Source: a virus
IMG/VR virus record: IMGVR_UViG_3300046004_000818
Span: 18,972-82,971 of that record
Direction: 5' to 3' (one strand)
DNA length: 64,000 nucleotides
Positions 49,949 through 58,940 of this stretch are shown here, piece by piece. Position numbers and translations under genes: made by a program. The notes below the pieces were generated by a model. That model did not search any database. It had not been told where the DNA came from and was given only the letters and a program-made list of their open reading frames with translations. The number at the start of each line of letters is the position of its first letter. Positions within the stretch are counted from its first letter, which is position 1.

Positions 49949-52039
49949 TTAAGCGTAGGTGCTGGTATTGTCGCTAAGGGCAGAGAGAACAGTAGCGGCA
50001 GGAAGTATGGCGCTGTACATACTTCCCGTACCCACTATCGTAGTTGCAGTCCTTAGCCACTCGGCTGTGCTAGTCCCTCCAGTTGGCAGGGACACGGTAG
50101 CACCTGTGACAGGCTCTGGCTCGACACAGGTATTCATGGACACATCATGCTGTCCATTGTAGTCAATGGCTTCTGCTTCTGCCAAGAAGGTGCTGTAGTA
50201 CCTGTTCAGTTGCTTCAACGTCTTCATAGCTGTGCTATCGCTCAAACCGCTAGACTCAAGGTAGCTGATAGACAGTGCATACATCTCGGGCCATGCTGGA
50301 AGTCCCCTCCAGTTGTACTCATACAACGCTTTACCTTTGTAAATTATGTAGTCAGATACATAACCCTTGAGGGTACTTATCACGATCTCATACACACTGT
50401 AGCCCTCCCTGACTCTGTCCTCAATGTGTGCAACCAAGTACGGATAGGAGTTGTCATCTCCCGGATGGAAACTCTCTGATCTCAGATGCCAGAAGTAGGT
50501 ACCAAAGAGTCGAGTACGCTCAACATTGCGCTTGAACTCCCATGTACCGTCGTAGAGGTGGCGAATATCGTGCACCCCTTCCACAACCTTTCGGCCTGTG
50601 GAAGTCTTCTCCACCTTGGTAAGTGTGTCAGCATAAAGTACCACACCCTTGCTGATAGAGTGAATTTTCGTCCAGCCCTTGTCAACCTCTTGCTGGTGCA
50701 CCCACCCAAGCTGACCGGCAACCACAGCCTGTACAGCATCTGCACCTTTTATCAGGTACTCGCCAGACTGCTTATAACCATCTGAAGCTTCAACCTCCCA
50801 ACTCATGGCTGGAAGTATCCAATCCTGCTCGTCTGGGTAGTGTCGTGCATCCAGCTTCCTGAAACCTGCCCACTTGCGTTGGTCCTCTGTGTCTGGGAAC
50901 GTGCGTCCACCGTGGTAGAACGTAACAATGTCAGCCGTTGTCCTATACAGGTTGGGATAGCCGCCCTGCCCATTCCGAATGTGTATGTCGATACCTGCAT
51001 CGTACACCTCTTCACAGACCATGACCTTCTTGGTATAGTCATCCTTGAGGTAGAACGGATGCAACTTGTCAACCAAGCAGTTGACCATCTTGCCTGACAC
51101 AGCGCAAGCCTTGTGGAATTGACTTGTAGTTACATCAATAAAATTGTAATAACCACCAGTAGAGGTGCAGACACGTATAGCTTCTGACCCACAGGCTGAA
51201 CGTATGCCTTCTATCCTGTCTGGATAGACGCTCATCAACTTACCGTCAAGTAGTACCACGCTGCTGCGTGAGGGGCTGCCCACAGTACCTTCACCGTCAA
51301 GGTAGGGCATCACATAGCCCTTACTGTAGCCCAGCTTGATCTTCTTGAACTCGGCCCCATGCCAACAACCCGGCTTAAAGTCTGCACGTCTGAGCCGCTT
51401 CTCCAGCTTCTGGTCACCGTAGATGCGAATGTAACGCTTATCAGTCTCAGAGGGCATGTAGACCATACTGCGTCCGGTAATGGCCCCAGATGCACTGCGT
51501 ACGATAGCTATGCCTATGTTAGGCATGTCATAGACCTCTGTAGGATGGTGGCCTTCTACGTTGAAGGCGTGAGTGTCTTTGGTCATGCATGAACCTACAC
51601 CCGAGCTTAGCTCGTTGTAGACCTTAGCAATGTCTGCACCGTACAACAGTTCCACCTCACCTGTGACTTCACCTAGGTGGTCGGCAACTAGCTGGCCTAC
51701 CTCTTCGTCCTTGTAGTGAGGATAGTACTTGGCAATGAATTTACCAAGAGTAGTCTTCAACTGCCTGTCGGCTTCACCTGAAGCCTTGTCAGGTGTGTAA
51801 GCAATGTAGTTGGGGTCTTCCTTGCTAACGTGCAAGGCAAACTGCGGCAGCTTCTTGTTGAAGTTAGTGATTACTTCTGAAGGTGGTGGATAGATGCCCT
51901 TCTCTATACGCAACCACTCACGGCGCAACCACCAAGGGATGTAGTAGTCTGTCCCGGCAGCGTTGAGAATCTTCTGATTAACCCTACCGAATGGGGCTAA
52001 CTGTGCCTCACTGGTGATCTTGTCTTCAAGACTTGCCAT
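49949..52039 (-). CDS. large hypothetical phage protein (SCM / RIYG / MPYLD motifs)
   Basis: ~696 aa from ATG 52039 with AAGGAG RBS; function not recognised. Confidence 0.7.
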   Translation of the reverse strand: MASLEDKITSEAQLAPFGRVNQKILNAAGTDYYIPWWLRREWLRIEKGIYPPPSEVITNFNKKLPQFALHVSKEDPNYIAYTPDKASGEADRQLKTTLGKFIAKYYPHYKDEEVGQLVADHLGEVTGEVELLYGADIAKVYNELSSGVGSCMTKDTHAFNVEGHHPTEVYDMPNIGIAIVRSASGAITGRSMVYMPSETDKRYIRIYGDQKLEKRLRRADFKPGCWHGAEFKKIKLGYSKGYVMPYLDGEGTVGSPSRSSVVLLDGKLMSVYPDRIEGIRSACGSEAIRVCTSTGGYYNFIDVTTSQFHKACAVSGKMVNCLVDKLHPFYLKDDYTKKVMVCEEVYDAGIDIHIRNGQGGYPNLYRTTADIVTFYHGGRTFPDTEDQRKWAGFRKLDARHYPDEQDWILPAMSWEVEASDGYKQSGEYLIKGADAVQAVVAGQLGWVHQQEVDKGWTKIHSISKGVVLYADTLTKVEKTSTGRKVVEGVHDIRHLYDGTWEFKRNVERTRLFGTYFWHLRSESFHPGDDNSYPYLVAHIEDRVREGYSVYEIVISTLKGYVSDYIIYKGKALYEYNWRGLPAWPEMYALSISYLESSGLSDSTAMKTLKQLNRYYSTFLAEAEAIDYNGQHDVSMNTCVEPEPVTGATVSLPTGGTSTAEWLRTATTIVGTGSMYSAILPAATVLSALSDNTSTYA

Positions 52040-52539
52040 GTTCTTTCTCCTTGTAAAAAGCGATAGCTTCAATAGCTATCTGTTCAAGGTCGTGCTTAGC
52101 GTGCTGCTCTTCCACAACCTTTGCGGTAACACGTTTTGGTTGTGTCCACTCAAGCCTCTTGCTGAAGTCCTCATACATAGCGTGAGTCTCCCAGATACCG
52201 TCGATCTTACACACGGTAGCCTGTGTGACTAGCATACCGTTGTAGTTCTTAGCTGTACGCAGATTGAGGCGACGTTTGTCACCTAACTCTTTTGAACTGG
52301 TAGTTTGCCAGTTGCCTCGGCTGTCTTTTGAGGTAAACATGTTATACCTCCAGCCCTTTAAGGACCAGCGTGCGCCCTATGACTACCAACCACAGCCCAT
52401 AGAAGACAGTGGCATAGCTAAGATGCGCCTCTACTGGCGCGATCTGGTTGTAAGGAAACCAGATCAATACAGCAATCGCTGCAGTAAGTGCTACAAATCT
52501 GCACATTGCTTCAAGTAGCTTTAATAGTGTGTTATACAT
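52026..52539 (-). CDS. two small hypothetical proteins (52026-52340; 52342-52539, membrane)
   Basis: GGAGG/AGGAG RBSs; tiled ORFs. Confidence 0.6.
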
Positions 52540-52560
52540 GGTTCACTCCTTTGGAAAATT

Positions 52561-52615
52561 CGGACATGGGAATTCCCATGTCCGGTTTAAGCCCGATACG
52601 GGAATCCCGTATCGG
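52561..52615. repeat. two adjacent related palindromes
   Basis: CGGACATGGGAATTCCCATGTCCG (perfect, 24 bp) and CCGATACGGGA-A-TCCCGTATCGG (23 bp). Confidence 0.9.
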
Positions 52616-52625
52616 ATGAAGGCTC

Positions 52626-53183
52626 TTACTTCTTAGCAGCCTTCTTTGCCACTGTCTTCGTAGCAGGTTTTACAACCTGTTTAGCAATGGCCTTAAGAGG
52701 CTTTGTAGGTGCCTTTGCAGCCACTTTAGCTTTGGCTGGTGCCTTGGCCTTGACCGACGCTTTTGGCGCGGCCTTGGCTGTTTTTGTAGCCACCTTTGTG
52801 GCTTTTGCGGGGGCTTTCACCACCTTAGTAGCCGCTTTCGTGGCCTTTACAGGCGCCTTCTTCGGGGCAGCTTTCTTGGCAGCAGGCTTTGCCTTTGGCG
52901 CAGCTTTGGCCTTCGGAGCAGCCACAGTCTCGACAGGTGTAGCCACAACAGGTGCCGGGCGACCGTCATCCAAGGGCAACTTCGTACGCTTGTCACGGAT
53001 GACGCAGTACAGAGGGTTGTCAGGGTTCTCGATGAAGAACACCAACTTCTTGCCGCGAGTCGATGGGTTCGCTGCATGGATAGCGGCGAAGATACGGCGC
53101 TTTTCAGATTTCCGAGCATAGCGATCCATGCCACGGGTTTTCAAGAGGGCTTCGGCTTGTTGGGTTGTGATAGTCATTTGCAT
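52626..53183 (-). CDS. histone H1-like Lys/Ala/Pro-rich DNA-binding protein
   Basis: ~75-aa globular N-terminus plus ~100-aa KAAPK/AKA tail. Confidence 0.8.
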   Translation of the reverse strand: MQMTITTQQAEALLKTRGMDRYARKSEKRRIFAAIHAANPSTRGKKLVFFIENPDNPLYCVIRDKRTKLPLDDGRPAPVVATPVETVAAPKAKAAPKAKPAAKKAAPKKAPVKATKAATKVVKAPAKATKVATKTAKAAPKASVKAKAPAKAKVAAKAPTKPLKAIAKQVVKPATKTVAKKAAKK

Positions 53184-53386
53184 GATACGTTTTCCTATTA
53201 AAAAGGATGGAGTCAAATTACCTAGAGGCGTCTAGGCAGCGTTCGCTAGAGTCAACTAGCAGAAGGGTTGAGGCACTAGCCCCGCACTGGTAGCGGGGTT
53301 TCTAGTATGCGTTCAGGGCTCTAAGTAACTCAGACTCAAGAGCCTCTACAGTGTCAGGTTGTAATTTCATGGTTACTCCTTAATTA

Positions 53387-53550
53387 GGTTGCGGCCCACC
53401 GTCACTAGGTGCCTAGCCTTATCGAAGCACAGCTTGTAAGAAGGGCCTTGGTAGTCGTGGGCCGCAAACATAAGGTTGCAGTCTGCAATACTAGGTGCCC
53501 TAGAGTAAACAATTCTCATATGAGGCCTTGGCAAATGCAGACTGCAAACC
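53387..53550. ncRNA. two tandem covarying stem-loop units (candidate small RNA array)
   Basis: each unit is closed by a perfect 11-12 bp stem of different sequence and contains CTAGGTGCC and GGCCTTGG. Confidence 0.55.
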
Positions 53551-53551
53551 G

Positions 53552-53875
53552 TTAGGTGTTGACCACTACGACAGTCTTACCTGCCAGCGGGTTAGACATA
53601 GCGGCGTAGGCTTCAAGTGCAGCCTTGCACTCGTCGGGAGTGAGAGGGCGAATCTCAATATCGCCTTTGTGGTTGGGATCATAACTATTGTCCCACAGAT
53701 GTGGGTGATCTGTTGTCTGAGCCTTGAGGTAAGGCATCACAGAATCCATCACCCTTGGAATCATGTGAGTCATAATGCCACCCTCACCGATCAACCATTC
53801 AAGGTCTTCGTAAACGTGGCCGATATTGGTGTGAAGGCGACCTGTTGTAAGGTTGCGTAGACGTTGGATACCCAT
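53552..53875 (-). CDS. hypothetical protein
   Basis: 107 aa, AGGAG RBS, LTTGRLH motif. Confidence 0.65.
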   Translation of the reverse strand: MGIQRLRNLTTGRLHTNIGHVYEDLEWLIGEGGIMTHMIPRVMDSVMPYLKAQTTDHPHLWDNSYDPNHKGDIEIRPLTPDECKAALEAYAAMSNPLAGKTVVVVNT

Positions 53876-54358
53876 GTTGTTACTCCTATAAAAAGTGGTT
53901 ATGCTTTCAGCAAGTGGCCCCTATCAGCTAGAGGCCACTAACCGAAAGTTATAATTTCTTGGCGGGAAGGCAGTACCCCCCCGAAGCACTGCCACCCATA
54001 GGGCATATGCCCCAGTCAATCTGGCGCACCATACGGCGCCTGATGTCGGCTTCTACACTACTTACCTCTTGTGCTTCGGGACACGCAAAGCTGAGTAACA
54101 AGCCGACCATTATGTAGAGTGTTGGCATAGTTAACTGTGAGTGTAGCCGTCAGGCTCAACACCCAAGATCATGCCGCAATAGGGGACCATAGCGCACCCA
54201 GGTCCGGGCTGCACAAGGCGGCGAAATGTTCGATAAGAGATTTTGCGCTCAGTACGATTCCAGATACGGTGTACTGCTTCGCGCTGAAGGCGTGTGAGGA
54301 CTAACATAAAAATGCTCCTATAAAAATACAGCATGACGCTGTGGTTGAAATAACTAAC

Positions 54359-54437
54359 TGGTGGGACTAATAGGATTTGAACCTATGACCAATAAATTAT
54401 GAGTTTACTGCTCTAAACCTGCCTGAGCTATAGTCCC
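54359..54437 (-). tRNA. tRNA with CAT anticodon, most likely tRNA-Ile2 (lysidine-type)
   Basis: GGGACTA-TA-GCTC...GAGC-A-GTAAA-CTCATAA-TTTAT-TGGTC-ATAGG-TTCAAAT-CCTAT-TAGTCCC-ACCA; full cloverleaf with encoded CCA; variable loop TGGTC resembles Ile2, though Met is not excluded. Confidence 0.92.
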
Positions 54438-54471
54438 ACTAGGTAGTGATTTCCAGTGCTTCATCACCGTA

Positions 54472-57400
54472 TTACGGGTTATACCCAAATCTGCAGCTAT
54501 AGAGTAGGATGTACCACCTGCGGCTCTTAGCCGCAAAATAGCTTCTACGTCTGCTTTCACTGTGCCTGTAAGAACCGGGCTCAAACCTTGAGTCGAGCAT
54601 ACCGTGTATCCAGTTACGGAACATGGCACACTCTTCTTCTGTGATCTCTCGTCTCTCAAGTGCCCCATAAGCTAGGCCACAGAAGTATCTGCTAGGGCTC
54701 TCTCTGCCTGTGTGCAAAATCTGCAGGCACACTTGTGCCCGGCGAACCTGCTCGCTAATCTGAGACATTGGTCTCTCCTTTAAAAATAATTTGCCAACCA
54801 CCCGCTTAAGACTCTCGCAAACTCTGATGCTGATACCCGTCCTGATCTAGATACATTAGTATCATATTTGATACGGCTGTATAGATACTCGTCCTCGATC
54901 CTGATACACGTTTGTAGTACGGTGTGTAACTGCTGCGATGGTTGGCGAAACTGGTTAGGACTTGTCATATGCTGCAAGGACTAGGCCCACAGCAGCAGCT
55001 ATACCAAGTGCTGGAAGCCTTCGGCGCGGTCTCGGTGTGCGGTTAAGGCCTTGTGCCTCTCGCTTAATCTGCGCCTCTTGGTAGAGTAGCTCCCTCTCGA
55101 TTTGGCGCTTTCGGAAGACCTCAGCCTTTATAGCTGCTTCCTGTTCGTTGCGTTCAAGGGCTTCAGCTATGCGCTGCTCCTTTGTGCCTCTTTGCTTAGC
55201 TTGTCCCATGTGTACCTCCTATGGGTGGTTACCGTTGAACCAAGGTCTGTACTGACCTTGTAGAAACGTGCCTAATACCTCGTACTGTTCGGCAGGGTAT
55301 GGAGGGTAGTCTTTACCACACACTGACATAACCTCTGCGATAGCAAGGGTACCTGCATCCTTGAAGGATGTAGCTGATATGTTCTTGGCTATGTACTGCA
55401 AGTCCTGTAGGCTGTTGTAGCCCTCCACCTGACTTATCAGATTGACAGGACGCATGACGATAACATCAAACTTAGGCATTTTCGAGTATCTCCTTTAGTT
55501 CTTTCAAATGAGACTCCACCGAAGCTATCTTGCCTTTAAGCTGAGCAAGTCGTGTCTCACGCTCATAACTTTTCTCTTTACGCTTGGTGGTAATTATCCA
55601 CGTTACATGAAGATCATACACACCCTTAGGTGCAGTCTTGAGTATCTCATCACAAATCTCTTCAGCAGATTCAGAACTGCGCCGATAACACGCTTCATCA
55701 GTGATGATATGGAAGGGTTTCTTAACCTTCTTAGGCTTTACAGGCTCAGGGTTGTAACCGTGTGGGTTACGGGTGTAACCATCAAACGCTCCCATTTCCA
55801 TCCTCCCACAGTACACGCACATTGTTGCACCAAGGGCTTTCCTCATAGCGCATACGATACTCATGTGGATACACGATAGCGTGCTGCTCCTGCCCCTCAG
55901 GTGTTGTGTAGATGACAACCTTAGCGGCTTTTGGATCGTCATAGTAGTGACCATCGGCGGCGATAATCTCTTTGGCTGTCTGTGCTGTTATTGATCCCAT
56001 GTTAGCTCTCCTTAGTAAACCAGTAAGTCATACGGTGTGCAGTGGTCATCCCGCAACTCCAAGTAGTTGAGCTGGTGGCAGATAAACAACCGATGACGGT
56101 TATCCATATAGGCATCACAAGGTGTGAGCCATTGTGATTGAGTCACACTCTCAGCAACTGAGACTATGTGATTGCGTGCAGACTTTGAGTCCTCACACCC
56201 AAGGTAGTAGAAGAAAAGGTCTTCGATACCCATGTTAACGCTCCATCAAGGTTAGCTTGTAGAACCTGCATACGCTTATATCTACATCAGCATAGGCGAT
56301 TGTGTAGTCCTCGCCAGTGTTCTCGTTGGAGCAGGTAAAGTCTTCTCCAAGGCAATACTGCATACGTAACCATATGTCATCACCGCCTACATAGAAGCAA
56401 GCATCTTTAGCTAGACGCTTTACCGCCTCTTCCGAAGTCTCAAGCTTTGGTGGAGTGAGTGGAAACTTGTGGTGATCACCTGCACCCTGATAGTGGGTAA
56501 AGCCCTGATTGACTGCCCATACAAGGGCGGCTTGTTTGACGGAGGGTACTTCAGAGGCATGGCACTGGTACTCTTTCAGGCTCTTGCCTCTGTAGCACAG
56601 AGACACATAGTTACCCTTCGCCTGACCCCATAACGTACCCCATGCGAGAATGACGGTCTTCATACCCGATTCTCGATCTCTGTAATGCACTCTTGTGCAG
56701 CAGCTTTCCACGCTGCATGGGTAATAACCCCGTCCGTCCAAGGTTCGGACTCGACTATCTGCTTTGAATACTGCGAGATAGCCTCAATGATGAATGCCTG
56801 TTTGAGGGCACCCACTTGACTGTACTCCATCATGTGAGTAACTAGTTGCACATTGGTTTGTGGTTTCTTAGCCATTGAAAAATACTCCTTTAAAAACTAA
56901 CACCAGCCTTCTTCAGCGTAAAACTTACGCCGAAACAGAATGAACCAAGTGAAGGGGACTGGTGTGAACCCTTGCTTCTGCGCTCTCTCCAGATGATCCC
57001 AATAATCCTGTCTGAGTCTCATTACCAAACTCCTGTTTAAGCTTCTCATATAGCTTGCGCCTTTCTTTTAGGTCAAAGGCCTCACGCTTCATACGATATG
57101 CCATTTCTAGGCCCGTTTCAAGGCGGGGATAGCTGACTGTGCCTTCTATATCGGTGTCCTCAAACCGATGAACGACACGAAACGTAACCATAGGTATAAC
57201 CTTAGGTGGGCACTCTGCCTGAATACCTCGTAGCTGGTCTATAAAATCAGCTAGAGGTGTATCTCCGAAGGTGGGAGGGTCGAAGTATATTTCTTCGACT
57301 GTCATTTGTGGTGTCATTAAAAGTCCTCCGGTACAATAAAGCCAGCACCACGTACAAGGGCTATAGCTTCCTTTGGTAGGTCGTACAGCCCATCGTAGTC

Positions 57401-57984
57401 TACAAGGGTATTGCCCTCAAAGATGAGGCCTATTTGATAGACCTCATCGAGTGATGGTATATGCCACTCTATACAGTAGTGCACATCAGAGGCCGGGAAA
57501 GGCCAGCTTGTGCTTGTCTCACGATACAAGGTCATCGTCGATTGATGAGTGCCGATAGGCCGAAGTTCGTGCGAGTTGTCCACCAATGGCGCTGTGAAGG
57601 TGGATTCACCTATTTTGGTTAGCACGACTCTGCCTCTGCGACTAGCATCAGAAACGTCAGCATCTGTGTTCTAGACTCACCATCCGGGAAAAGAGGTAGG
57701 CTATCAACTACAGATAGGTACTTGTACGCTGAACTGAAGTCAAGGTATGAATCGTAGCCGTGGACCTTCCGTTCGATATGCTCCACTAGGTCATCGAACT
57801 CGCTATCCGTCAGTACACGCTCATAAGGTACGTACACCTTAGGGGGCTCAGGAGGCTCAGGTAGATCAAGCGTGTCTAGCCCTTTCAGGTAGGTGTTGTA
57901 GTAGGTGTTGTAGTAAGCTACCGCAATGATGGTAGCTATTACACAGACGATGAAAATCGCCAAGGGCAAGGGATAAACGGGCAT
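54472..57984 (-). CDS. cluster of ~12 small early hypothetical proteins
   Basis: tiled minus-strand ORFs, most with AGGAG RBS. Confidence 0.6.
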
Positions 57985-58003
57985 TTCAGACTCCTTTGAA
58001 GGG

Positions 58004-58759
58004 TTAGGGTAGGGTAGGCTCAGTCGGGTCGATTGGAGGTGTCCAGCCCTCGTTGTGAAGGTCTGGGAAGTCTTCTGGGTTCAAGGGCTTCGCTACGAAT
58101 GGTTTTGAGGCCGGGGGAGCATAGGAAGCGGGTGCAGGGCCATTGCGAAGCCACGTGTTGTGGTCTCGCCAGTAGAGGTAGGCATACAGTTGACCACCTT
58201 CACGCCATTTTGTGCCTGAGCCTTTAGAGCAGGGGCTATAGGCGGTTTCTGTGGGGCTAAAGACGTGTTCGTCAAAGTAGGCGACTGCTTTAGTCGTCTG
58301 GTCATCAGACAGGTCGCCTATATCACAGTAGAAATCGAGCCATTGTGCTGGCACTTTCAAGGCGTAATGCCAGCCTGAGTCGGGTTCTGGGACTTTGTCC
58401 TCTTGTGCTGGCGCTGGTGTGAAGGGTAAGGCCAAGTCTGCCAGATAGAACTTGAATAGGCGACAGTCAGGTGGCACATCGTCTGTAGACTTCAAGACGA
58501 GAATCCTATCTTCATAGACAGCTAGGCGCGGTAGATGCACAAAGAGTTCTTGCGCTAGCTTTGTGTCCTTGGTGCCACACAGAGGGCACTTTACAGCATT
58601 GGCTCGTAGGGCTGTATTCCAGCATTCTCGCTGGGTACCGCAAGCATTACACTTGACGGTGATAAGTCGATTCTTGCCCTTGTACTTAGCAGGCAAGTCA
58701 GTGACAGTAAAGCCATTGAGGCTTGTCCCCGGAGGGATGGTAGTTTTGCGCCCTTTCAT
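58004..58759 (-). CDS. hypothetical protein with N-terminal CxxC...CxxC zinc ribbon and Pro-rich C-terminus
   Basis: CNACG...CPLCG; AAGGA RBS; AT-rich upstream region containing TATAAT. Confidence 0.65.
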   Translation of the reverse strand: MKGRKTTIPPGTSLNGFTVTDLPAKYKGKNRLITVKCNACGTQRECWNTALRANAVKCPLCGTKDTKLAQELFVHLPRLAVYEDRILVLKSTDDVPPDCRLFKFYLADLALPFTPAPAQEDKVPEPDSGWHYALKVPAQWLDFYCDIGDLSDDQTTKAVAYFDEHVFSPTETAYSPCSKGSGTKWREGGQLYAYLYWRDHNTWLRNGPAPASYAPPASKPFVAKPLNPEDFPDLHNEGWTPPIDPTEPTLP

Positions 58760-58940
58760 GGGATTCCTTTCCTTACGGATAAAAAGACTTTATTATATAC
58801 TGGGTTGAGGGGGGTAGGGGTCTCGTAGGAGAAAATTTCATTCAAGGCGAAGGCCTCTGAAAACAAAATAGCCCACACGTAGCTCAAATTTTTATATGTA
58901 TATCTGATTAAGGACATATATATAAGTAATAGGGTCAAAT

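Noticed and set aside
53280-53298. CCCCGC-n7-GCGGGG hairpin resembling a type I-E CRISPR repeat (solitary repeat/Racr)
   Set aside because: The flanks lack GTGTT/ATAAACC, the loop is too long, and it is the apex of a longer processing-type hairpin.
53468-53557. attC-like site (ACCTAAC...GTT on the minus strand)
   Set aside because: No GTTRRRY, no extrahelical bases in the stem, the other unit lacks the motif, and no integrase is present.
58756-58938. 60-aa ORF upstream of the zinc-ribbon gene
   Set aside because: TTG start, AT-rich and contains TATAAT; more likely a promoter region.
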